A stretch of 32,000 nt of DNA from Peribacillus huizhouensis. Lineage in GTDB: Bacteria; Bacillota; Bacilli; Bacillales; DSM-1321. The translations under genes were made by a program, and so were the position numbers. Position 1 is the stretch's first letter; each line of letters begins with the position of its first letter. The notes under the pieces were generated by a model. The model did no database searches and was not told the origin of the DNA. It was given only the letters and a program-made list of their open reading frames with translations. The DNA is taken from NCBI RefSeq assembly GCF_014138605.1, contig NZ_JACJHX010000008.1, positions 155,933 through 187,932 of the forward strand, read 5' to 3'. Positions 9,422 through 17,649 of this stretch are shown piece by piece.

Positions 9422-10417
9422 TTATAACTTCGCCCTATAAACAGTTGGTTTTAAGTTCAATGAGTCTTTAAGGTCACCTTCGACTCTATAGAACTTTCCT
9501 GAATTAGAATTATGGTCATATTCATAGACTCTATATAACTCATAGTTATTTGTATATTCTAAAGAAAACGCCAATTCATTAGCAGTTATTATAAACGGGG
9601 TATTAATTCCACCTTTTGTAGTTTTAACCTCTATGTATAATGAAGTACCATCCTCTTTAAAGGCTTCTATGTCATAGCCTGCTCCATCTCCTTCTATGAC
9701 TGAAGTATGAATAGTGTCATATCCTAAAACATTCTTGAGATGGTTAACAACTAATAATTCCCCTTTTAATCCAAGCTCAGAATTTCTTTTGCTGTTCTCA
9801 GCATAATCAACCTTGGTAGCATAAAAGCTTCTTGATTCTTTTGCTTTATCAGGCATCAAACTTGGTCGCTGAGTTTCGACTAAATGGTCTTTAACTAAAT
9901 CCTCTTGATTGATTAAGGGTTCTAATGTTAAATCCATTCTATCTAATACATTCGAAGGAGGTACCTCCCAATCTATAATCTGCCACTTAAAATAAACTGG
10001 TTGTTCCCTAGTTGTATCATGTGTAAGATACGCTAGTCTCCCCAAGTAAGTAAAGGGTTCAACTTGTTTAGTTAGACTATTCTTCTTTTTAGTTCTTAAA
10101 AATAGGTATATATTCTCTATTAAATGATTATGACTAATCAATTGCTTTATCACTTTATTATCCAGCGTCTGTTTAGGCTGAGATTGCCAAGTTAATATAC
10201 CATCTTCAGTTATACTTTCATCAAAATCATGGCCTAGTTGTTTTTGTCCAAATGTTACAAAAAACACAAAGTCCTTTTTCCTTTTCGGAATCTTTACAAG
10301 TCCATGAAGTCCCCAATTTCCCGCTCCTATTGTAAATGGAGTTACACCATCAAAGATTTTATATACATCATCTCTAGAGTATTGGTCATATAAGTTGAGA
10401 CGCTTAATTGACACCAT
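9422..10417 (-). CDS. DUF3427-like (SauUSI-type modified-DNA reader) fused to DUF3883-like PD-(D/E)xK nuclease domain; candidate type IV restriction enzyme
   Basis: The N-terminal half (YSRDDVYKIF..FVFFVTFGQ..ITEDGILTWQSQPKQ..IYLFLRTKK..FTYLGRLAY..QPVYFKWQIIDW) matches the DUF3427 pattern I recall. The C-terminal half (LGLKGELLVVNHL..GAGYDIEAFKEDGTSLYIEVKTTKG..FIITANELAF..YELYRVY) matches DUF3883. ATG at 10417 has AGGAG 5 nt upstream; the track GTG at 10423 overlaps the RBS. Confidence 0.8.
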   Translation of the reverse strand: MVSIKRLNLYDQYSRDDVYKIFDGVTPFTIGAGNWGLHGLVKIPKRKKDFVFFVTFGQKQLGHDFDESITEDGILTWQSQPKQTLDNKVIKQLISHNHLIENIYLFLRTKKKNSLTKQVEPFTYLGRLAYLTHDTTREQPVYFKWQIIDWEVPPSNVLDRMDLTLEPLINQEDLVKDHLVETQRPSLMPDKAKESRSFYATKVDYAENSKRNSELGLKGELLVVNHLKNVLGYDTIHTSVIEGDGAGYDIEAFKEDGTSLYIEVKTTKGGINTPFIITANELAFSLEYTNNYELYRVYEYDHNSNSGKFYRVEGDLKDSLNLKPTVYRAKL

Positions 10418-10432
10418 TTTCACTCCTAAACT

Positions 10433-11056
10433 CTATATCATTTGAATATTTTGAATTATAACTCTATCAATCTGATTATATTGTTGCTCATTAACGATTC
10501 CGTTTAAACATAGAGGAGGTCTTTGATTCCTAATTTTCGCTCGTTGTACAACAGTATCTGTATTAAAGAAACCGTATATTACAGAAACAATTGCTTCATG
10601 ATACCTAGTTATTGGCAACCTGACGCCTATCTTCCCTCTAATCCTAGGATAGTTTATTTCTTCCTGGCCTATTAACCAATACACTAGTTGTACAAATTGT
10701 CTCCCATTATAAGTGACATTACCAAATTCAATAGTAAATTGTGGATTCACTTGGGTATCTAAACCACTAATCAATATATCCATTAAAGTATTACTTAATT
10801 CTATCGCTTTGTCTAATCTTTGGTTCAGCGGAAACGAAAGTAAATAGTGCTCAATTGCATATATAATATCCCCATGAGAAAAGCTGTTACCATTAACACT
10901 TAATCTATAGTCTCCTCTCCCTTTATAAGTCGGATATTCTAAAATTAAATTTTCTACATCACACTCTGGTCGATATGTTAAATCATAATTGTTAGTATTT
11001 TGGGGTACATTTCGGTAATTATTTTGCATTGTATCAATTAAAAAACTAAAAGGCAT
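10433..11056 (-). CDS. hypothetical protein (207 aa), operon partner of the DUF3427/DUF3883 gene
   Basis: ATG with GGGAGATGGA upstream. Its TAG stop (10433-10435) lies 15 nt before the next ATG, and that gene's RBS sits in the gap. I recognise no motif. Confidence 0.7.
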   Translation of the reverse strand: MPFSFLIDTMQNNYRNVPQNTNNYDLTYRPECDVENLILEYPTYKGRGDYRLSVNGNSFSHGDIIYAIEHYLLSFPLNQRLDKAIELSNTLMDILISGLDTQVNPQFTIEFGNVTYNGRQFVQLVYWLIGQEEINYPRIRGKIGVRLPITRYHEAIVSVIYGFFNTDTVVQRAKIRNQRPPLCLNGIVNEQQYNQIDRVIIQNIQMI

Positions 11057-11485
11057 TAGCTTCCATCTCCCATTTCTTTAGTTCAATTGTATATCCAATT
11101 ATTTACTAAAACAACTACATTACTAACTATCTAGCATTTATAGGGAACAAACGGTAACAGAAAAAAATTTTATTACCCCACCCCGTGCCGAATGTTCCCT
11201 TTAGTGACCAATAAAACATGGTAACGCTCGTTAACAAGCGAGAAAAATTCGAAAATTTATCAAGATACATACGAATCAAACTACTTTTCTATTACAATTT
11301 TCTAGAGAATATTACAAGTTTCGAACTTTGTTCGTATATCTCAAGATTATTATATTCTTTGATTTTTCATTAGGCATAGATTTATTCTTGGTTATACAAA
11401 TGTGCTAGTGGCAATTCTAAGGATTCTTCTCTTAATCACCTAAACTCCCCATATAAATAGTACATTATAATCAACTAATATTTTT

Positions 11486-12958
11486 TTATTCAATAAACGG
11501 CTGTTCGTGTAATAATGCTACTAAAGTGCTCCCCTTCACCCAAACGTTTTGACGATACATCGCAATGTTATTTATCGTCACCGGCTTAATAGTTGAATCT
11601 TTTCCTGAGCCTCGAATAAATATGTCGTAATCTTTTGATTTTGGAAAATTAACAGACGTTTTCAATGTACCCGATTTATTTATTTGGGGTTTTCCATCCT
11701 TTCCATATTCAATTTCGTCTCGTAATTCGTTGTAATGAATTAAACGTCTTACTTCAAGCCATACTTGCTGCAAGTCTTGTTCAATTATTGAATCTGGAAA
11801 TACAAATCGTTTAAATCCTTGAAATTTGTTATCTAATAACTTCGCATCTGAGGACGGCTCCTCAAATAAAATAAATAATAATTGCTGTAATTTAAACGCT
11901 TGATACACCGCGGATTGTTCAAAAGTTGTATTCACTTCTGTCCACTCCTCAAAGTCGATAGGAAATAGTTTCGTATCTTCTGTACGTGTACCATTTTTCG
12001 TCATCGTCAAGGTTTTCGGTAAAAGCCCAATTTTATGAAACAACTCAATTTTACTTAGCTTTTTTGCTTTTCCTCCAAACATGCGCACTATAATTTGCTC
12101 CGCGATAGATTTTGATACATCATTTTTTTTATTTAGTTTTATCGGAATTTGTAACTCATCCATTAGCTCACGAATCGTTTTCCCACGATGCGACTTGGTT
12201 ATTTGCTTTAACTTTTCATCAATTTGTGCAAACGATGTATAACTTTCCGTTAATTGCTCTAGCTTTTGACCGAAATGATTTTGCACAATCGTTGAAACGG
12301 TAGTACGCTTTAAACGGAAACGTGGTCGGTTCGGCCATTTCGGTGCGATATCAATTAGCATTAACTGCTTGCGCAATTCAGAAGAAATGCTGTGATATAG
12401 CTTCTCAGGCTTGGAGTAATTTTGCTGTAAGAATTCAATAAATGTTCGAACAAGTTCCCAGTCGTTTTGAAGCGTTTTTCTATCCTCTTCTGAAAAAGTA
12501 TGGAAATGATAATCCTCAATAATGAAGTTGGCATATTCAAGAGCCGGTACTGTTTGTTCTGCTGCGTAATGATAGTAAACTAGCAATAAATTCTGAAGCT
12601 TATGCCAAAAATTTGAGCTTTCAAAGTACTCCTCCACAATTCGTTCCGGCGAAACAGCCGTAATCGACATCGGCTCCTTCGCCTCAAATTCATGCTCACT
12701 TTTCTTTTTTGGTTTACGAATACCAGTTGTTTTCAGCTCAACAGGGACTCCATCTACAAGTAAATCAGCCTCTTGTTTCGAATCTGCAGGGTAACCTAGC
12801 ACAGATTGTTCAATGACATCACCTGCGATTCCTGTAATTTTAGGTGAAATACGCGCACGGTCAAAAACTCGATTTTTATCAACTTCTCCTAACGATTTCC
12901 CTACAACATTATCCAAGATTTGATGCAACTGAGACTTTTTAAAAACATGTCCAGCCAT
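11486..12958 (-). CDS. Sau3AI/MutH-family type II restriction endonuclease
   Basis: The N-terminus GKSLGEVDKN..ITGIAGDVIEQSVLGYPADSKQEADLLVDGVPVELKTTG fits the MutH/Sau3AI G..G..E..LG....D...(E-x-K) catalytic pattern. Length is 490 aa from ATG 12958 (AAGGAGTG 6 nt upstream), about the length I recall for R.Sau3AI. The track GTG at 12967 abuts the RBS. Confidence 0.85.
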   Translation of the reverse strand: MAGHVFKKSQLHQILDNVVGKSLGEVDKNRVFDRARISPKITGIAGDVIEQSVLGYPADSKQEADLLVDGVPVELKTTGIRKPKKKSEHEFEAKEPMSITAVSPERIVEEYFESSNFWHKLQNLLLVYYHYAAEQTVPALEYANFIIEDYHFHTFSEEDRKTLQNDWELVRTFIEFLQQNYSKPEKLYHSISSELRKQLMLIDIAPKWPNRPRFRLKRTTVSTIVQNHFGQKLEQLTESYTSFAQIDEKLKQITKSHRGKTIRELMDELQIPIKLNKKNDVSKSIAEQIIVRMFGGKAKKLSKIELFHKIGLLPKTLTMTKNGTRTEDTKLFPIDFEEWTEVNTTFEQSAVYQAFKLQQLLFILFEEPSSDAKLLDNKFQGFKRFVFPDSIIEQDLQQVWLEVRRLIHYNELRDEIEYGKDGKPQINKSGTLKTSVNFPKSKDYDIFIRGSGKDSTIKPVTINNIAMYRQNVWVKGSTLVALLHEQPFIE

Positions 12959-13178
12959 GTAACTCACTCCTTTTTAGTCTAGATATCTTATCAAAAAGAA
13001 AGACACCTTTTTAACACACATAATTAAATACAGTCCCATAAATTCAATTAAAATATCGTTTTGTTCTCGCTATTTTATTTTCGATACAATATTTCTTCAT
13101 AAGTCGTATAAAATACCCTCGATTATATATAGCTGCATTCACTTTTAAGTAATCTAATATTATCCGTATTGTATACGT

Positions 13179-13775
13179 CTACCTAAATCTCCGATATTTC
13201 GTTATTAATGTGACCCATCTTTCAATTGCATTTTTATTGTAAATTTTAATGATACCCTTGCTATTAATATTAGCCTTGTATTCTAAATTTTGAGGAATAC
13301 TTAGATTAGCAAAAGTCTCCAAAGCCGTATAACCAAATACAATTGCAACTTGTACGGTTTCTATGAAATTATACATTACCCTTAGATTTCATAATTATTG
13401 ATTCATTACGGCTCATATCCCCAAAATCTTCTAAACGATTTACAGCATCTAGGTTTATCTCTTTCTTATAAATTTCTTTAGCATTCAATTATACTTTGTT
13501 TGCAACTGATAATAGTATCCCAACATTATTAGGAGCATAGTAGTCAATCGTCTTTATTCTACCGTTTATGCTTGTTTGAAATTCAAAAGTTTCACCTCTT
13601 GTAGTACCATAGAGCCTGTCTCTCCATATAGAGCATTATACTTATAACAATTAGGTTTATTGGCTCGTATGTCAAAAGATGTATAGTTCTTTGGGTTTCT
13701 TGTAATAACTAAAGACTCTTTACCATTCTTGGTTTCATTTTGTTTTTTGGGGGGATTTTTTCTTTTTGTTATCAA
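13179..13775 (-). pseudogene. decayed gene remnants (several frames), possibly HEPN-like
   Basis: Protein-like pieces occur in different frames. These are ..NALYGETGSMV / LYGTTRGETFEFQTSINGRIKTIDYYAPNNVGILLSVANKV* / LNAKEIYKKEINLDAVNRLEDFGDMSRNESIIMKSKGNV* / MYNFIETVQVAIVFGYTALETFANLSIP... At least two frameshifts and one stop are present. The family call is weak. Confidence 0.35.
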
Positions 13776-14562
13776 AATTCCCTCCCACCTGCTGAAATTC
13801 TATTTCTCTTTTCTTATTTTCAAAAATAATATCTAACCTCTCTACCCAATTCATACCTAAATGAGCATTTAGTAGGACGTTAAGAGCTTCATAAGACCAT
13901 ATTTGAATTCTTTCATCATAATTCCTTAATTTATCGTTGACATAGCCTGTACAAAAGATAACTCCTCTATTTACCTTGTCATTAATAATTGTAAAACCTA
14001 GACTTCGGACATCATTGATTGTTAACTTAGTAGTTCTATATAATTTACATTCAACGTATACTTTTTCGTTCCCATCTGGTCTCTTGATAGACGCCATTAT
14101 ATCTTTTCCTCCATCACGGGTTGCAGGAGTCCAAGCAGTTTGGTAACCCATCCTTCTATACAATTCTTCTATTAACCATTCAAATTCAGTAGGTTTCAAT
14201 TTCGCCAACTTTTCTAATGGATTTTCGAAATAGATAAACTTTTCCATTATGATTTCCGCACACTGTTCAATTCCAGTATTCCTATCGTCTGGTATACTCG
14301 GCTCAGAAATAATGTAATTCTCAAGTGCTATAATTGCTTTATATGGTCGATAGGGTAAAAATTCCAAAATCCAAGTTAATCCTTCCCATGCTTCCTGTCT
14401 ATTTTCAATTCTATGATACAGTTCTATTTTTGGGTTGTTACCAATGATGGTATTAGTATTAGACTCAGAGTTAGCCTGACTCATAAGGTTAATATCCTCG
14501 TAAGTTCTTATATCTAATTCTCTAGAAAAAGGAACTAGTAAACATCTTAATAAGTCTTTCAC
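13735..14562 (-). CDS. Mrr-cat (type IV restriction endonuclease-like) domain protein with unknown N-terminal domain
   Basis: The C-terminal half PTEFEWLIEELYRRMGYQTAWTPATRDGGKDIMAS..KVYVECKLYRTTKLTINDVRSLGFTI..NRGVIFCTGYV matches the Mrr_cat pattern (FE..V..L...GY.....DGG.D......QCK.y). The start is ambiguous: GTG 14562 or ATG 14484 (the latter has GAGGA upstream). Confidence 0.8.
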   Translation of the reverse strand: MKDLLRCLLVPFSRELDIRTYEDINLMSQANSESNTNTIIGNNPKIELYHRIENRQEAWEGLTWILEFLPYRPYKAIIALENYIISEPSIPDDRNTGIEQCAEIIMEKFIYFENPLEKLAKLKPTEFEWLIEELYRRMGYQTAWTPATRDGGKDIMASIKRPDGNEKVYVECKLYRTTKLTINDVRSLGFTIINDKVNRGVIFCTGYVNDKLRNYDERIQIWSYEALNVLLNAHLGMNWVERLDIIFENKKREIEFQQVGGNFDNKKKKSPQKTK

Positions 14563-15117
14563 TTCTTATACTGACCTATTATGAATTCTTTCTAGTTAAT
14601 CATCTAGCCACTCCCTGTCCCTGTAAGAAATCATACAAAAGGGAACAACCAATTCATTACTATCAGAAACTAGAGAGAACCATTCATCAAAACTAGTGTA
14701 ATTATCACTGTAGTACAAACAAACACCTCCAATAGAAATCAGGTAGTACTTCAGTATTATAAATAGGATAATTATACCATGATAATTTATTTTGGGAACA
14801 GAGTATTTTATAATGTACTTCATTCCTGTAGACTGGAAAAGATTTCGGCAGAATGACACTTTGTTTTAGGAGGTGGTAAGTCGTTTTAACAGTCTAAGGC
14901 GGTCAAAACTTCACAAATAAAAAAAGCCCTTCCTGCTTAGCACAGAAAAGCACCTTTTTCGTTGAAAAAGACTAACCAGTGATATTTGCAATAGAAGAAA
15001 AGTGACTGACCCAACAGCCCTCCACCTTCCATTTGTAAATGTATTCCATTTAATTTGAAATATTGTATACTGTTAGTAAGGACTTCCAAATGTGGTATAG
15101 AGGAGTGTTAACTAAAT

Positions 15118-16389
15118 ATGAATGACAGAATTAATGGATGGACAACATCAAGAGACTCTGCTGTTTGCGATGACATTGAATTGAAAAAGACATCTACTAC
15201 TAGACTTATTTTCAGACCTGAAATAGTGAACAATATTAATAATCCTGAGGCATCTGTTAGAGGTTGCTTCATCTTTCAAATGAAAGGTAAAAATGCCTCT
15301 TGGGAAGATTTTAAAGAGTTAGAGTTAAATAAATTAAAAGTTGAGGAATGGATTAAGCTAGAGCTAAACTCTGAGGCTATGCTGCCTCTTACTAGAGAAA
15401 TTCAGAAACATTATGCAGTACATGAAAAGTATGGGGTTATGTAAGGAGGATTTCACCTTTTCAAGAATAGCCCTGATATTGAGAGACTGATTGAAATTTA
15501 TGAGAGTAACACTAATCTATTTACTCAATTAATGAAGGATGATATGAGTGAAGCATTAGAGAAAACATTAGAATTGATTGTTACAAATGATAATCCAGAT
15601 AAAATAATTGACAGGCTTAAAAACCTACAGGAGAAAGATTTAGACCAACTTAATACTCTTGTTGGGATAGCTAACCTAAAAAAAGTATTGTCTGTTTGGG
15701 ATGGCAACAAACTCAATAATACCTCTGAGAAGTTTTGACAAAGTGTCTTGAAAGAAAATACTTGGATTTTGAGTCAGATTTTCTCTAATCCAACCGTTTT
15801 GATAAATGATGAGGCTTATGTAGGAGGAAAGACTATCAACAATGATAGTGGCAAGCTAATTGATTTATTATATGCGAATCCCTTCTCAAAAGATGCTATA
15901 CTTATTGAAATTAAGACTTCCTCAACTCCTCTAATTACTCCCAATGAGTACAGAACAGGAGTATATTCAGTACATAAGGACTTGATGGGAGCAGTTACAC
16001 AAGTATTAACTTATAAGACAAGCCTACAGAGGGAGTATCTAAATACCAAAGGGTTTTGATGTTCCATTTTAGTATATCTAGGAAGTTACCTGTACTCCGC
16101 AAGGTATGGACTCTTTAGAGAGACCTTTGTATCTCATATTTCACTTCATAGCGTGGGGGCGGTAAAGCTTGGACACTCTAATCCACTTCAAATCATTTAT
16201 CTTAGTGATAAGCACCTGATAGATATTCCTTATTTTTGCATACGTAAAATTCATGTTAATAGAGCGGATAATTTAAATAATCGTACGGCGCATATTATTT
16301 ATGATTGCGCGGCTGTAACACTAACAAACGTTCATTTGAGTAAACCGCCCATTTATAAAATGAATTATCTAGTTACAATTCATATTTAA
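15118..16389 (+). pseudogene. sduA: Shedu (DUF4263) nuclease gene interrupted by three in-frame stop codons
   Basis: ORFs 15118..15444, 15532..15738, 15748..16059 and 16153..16389 all sit in frame 1. The frame is broken only by TAA 15442-15444, TGA 15736-15738 and TGA 16057-16059. The core LKENTWILSQIF..GKLIDLLYANPFSKDAILIEIKTSSTPL..YSVHKDLMGAVTQVLTYK fits the DUF4263 PD-(D/E)xK pattern. Whether the tail beyond 16059 is Shedu-derived is uncertain. Confidence 0.75.
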
Positions 16390-16520
16390 TTGGTATCAGA
16401 TAACGAGGAATGGTTTTATCCATATAGTCACCTAATGTAGGAATTTAAACTTTTATTCAGTGATTACTCTTCATAACAACGATTATCCTGTCCGTCTACC
16501 TCTTTATCTAGACACCCTAC

Positions 16521-17027
16521 TTAATCCTTTGTCCACTGATTTTGCTCTTCTCCATTCATCATTGACCATTCATATTGGTCGATGAAACTGTTACCATCCA
16601 AATCATTACCTTGAGCTTTTTTTTCTCCCTGTTGAGACTGAGATGCCTGCTCTTGTTGTTGTCTCTGTTGTGCTTTCCGTTCGGATGCTTTTCTTTCTGC
16701 TTCTTGCTGTTGAGCAATAGGTTGTTTTTCAGTAATTTCCTCTTGACGCTGTTTCTCTGCGACATCCGATTGTCGTTTTTGCTCTGCTAACTCAACTTGA
16801 CGTTTGCGTTCTTCTTCACGCTTTTCAGCTTCTCTTTTAGCTACTATTAAATCTTGCTTTTCATTTTCAAGTTGTTCTATTTCAGATTTTTCTGGTGTTT
16901 GTTTTATATGAGATTGATTTTCAGTTTCGCTTGTAGTCTTTTCTTCTTTTTCTTTACCTTCCTCACAAGCAGGTATAATTAAACTTAAAGATAATAAAAC
17001 ACTGCCAACTAACAATGATTTCTTCAT
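16521..17027 (-). CDS. lipoprotein with E/K/Q-rich low-complexity region and C-terminal EF-hand-like loop
   Basis: Signal peptide MKKSLLVGSVLLSLSLIIPAC ends in a lipobox Cys, followed by a long charged repeat-like region. DLDGNSFIDQYE (16569-16604) matches the 12-residue EF-hand loop (D-x-D-x-N-x-x-I-D-x-x-E). Confidence 0.8.
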   Translation of the reverse strand: MKKSLLVGSVLLSLSLIIPACEEGKEKEEKTTSETENQSHIKQTPEKSEIEQLENEKQDLIVAKREAEKREEERKRQVELAEQKRQSDVAEKQRQEEITEKQPIAQQQEAERKASERKAQQRQQQEQASQSQQGEKKAQGNDLDGNSFIDQYEWSMMNGEEQNQWTKD

Positions 17028-17067
17028 TGTATTCTCCCTTTGTTTAAATTCAATATATTATTCGATA

Positions 17068-17649
17068 TTATTCTTTTTCTACAGTTAAAGTAAAAATTCC
17101 ATTATCAGGATGTTTATCATCAGCTGTATACTCAGCCGTATACTTAACACCTTTATACGAATACGTTTTTTTAGTTCCATCAACTAAGAACTCTTCTCCA
17201 AGTCCTAAGTGACCGTATGCAATTTCTTTTACCATTTCTATTGAAATATTAGGGTTTGCTATTTGGATTAATTTAACGCCAGCGACAAGTGTATTATAAT
17301 CGCTATTCTGTTTTTCAGGGCTAATAAATCCAACAACTGATACAGAGCGAAATTTCTTAGACTTCATACTTTTTGTTTCTGCTCCAACAAAAAGATAACT
17401 TCGAACCTCTCCCTTATAAAACATACCTGGGTAACTTTCTTCTTTTCCCTTAAATTCAACTATACTTAAGTTCCGATGATTCGGATTCATCGCTTTCTCC
17501 CACTTTTTCTTAAAATTTTTCCATCCCTTATCAAACAATGTCTTCTCTTCTTGTTTTGCTTCGGCTACTATTACCGAGTTTGTTGTACAGACATTAATGA
17601 CAGTCGATAATCCAAAAACTATAATTATACTCAACATCATCTTTTTCAT
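17068..17649 (-). CDS. secreted protein/lipoprotein, paralog of 2737-3648 C-terminal domain
   Basis: ATG at 17649 has GGGAGAGGA upstream. The signal peptide is MKKMMLSIIIVFGLSTVINVC. The C-terminus LIQIANPN..HLGLGEEFLVDGTKKTYSYKGVKYTAEYTADD..GIFTLTVEKE parallels LILIADPK..YLGLSNGKIVEEKTLSYTQNGIIYKAEYEDN..PTLTVSVEKE in the other gene. Confidence 0.75.
   Translation of the reverse strand: MKKMMLSIIIVFGLSTVINVCTTNSVIVAEAKQEEKTLFDKGWKNFKKKWEKAMNPNHRNLSIVEFKGKEESYPGMFYKGEVRSYLFVGAETKSMKSKKFRSVSVVGFISPEKQNSDYNTLVAGVKLIQIANPNISIEMVKEIAYGHLGLGEEFLVDGTKKTYSYKGVKYTAEYTADDKHPDNGIFTLTVEKE

Noticed and set aside
14596-14859. The 87-aa ORF upstream of the Mrr-cat gene as a partner gene.
   Set aside because: No usable RBS precedes either candidate start (GTG 14859 or ATG 14823). 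The N-terminus looks like AT-rich noise. The C-terminal 40 aa look more protein-like, so it may be a remnant, but I cannot support a call.
16153-16389. Two ideas: that 16153..16389 is an independent gene, and that GTGGGGGCGGTAAAGC... is a Tn3-family terminal inverted repeat.
   Set aside because: The ORF is in the same frame as the Shedu pieces, and the frame is already open from 16060, so it is more simply part of that pseudogene. The putative IR shares only the GGGG start with the Tn3-family ends I remember. It has just a 7-8-bp inverted partner and no transposase nearby.
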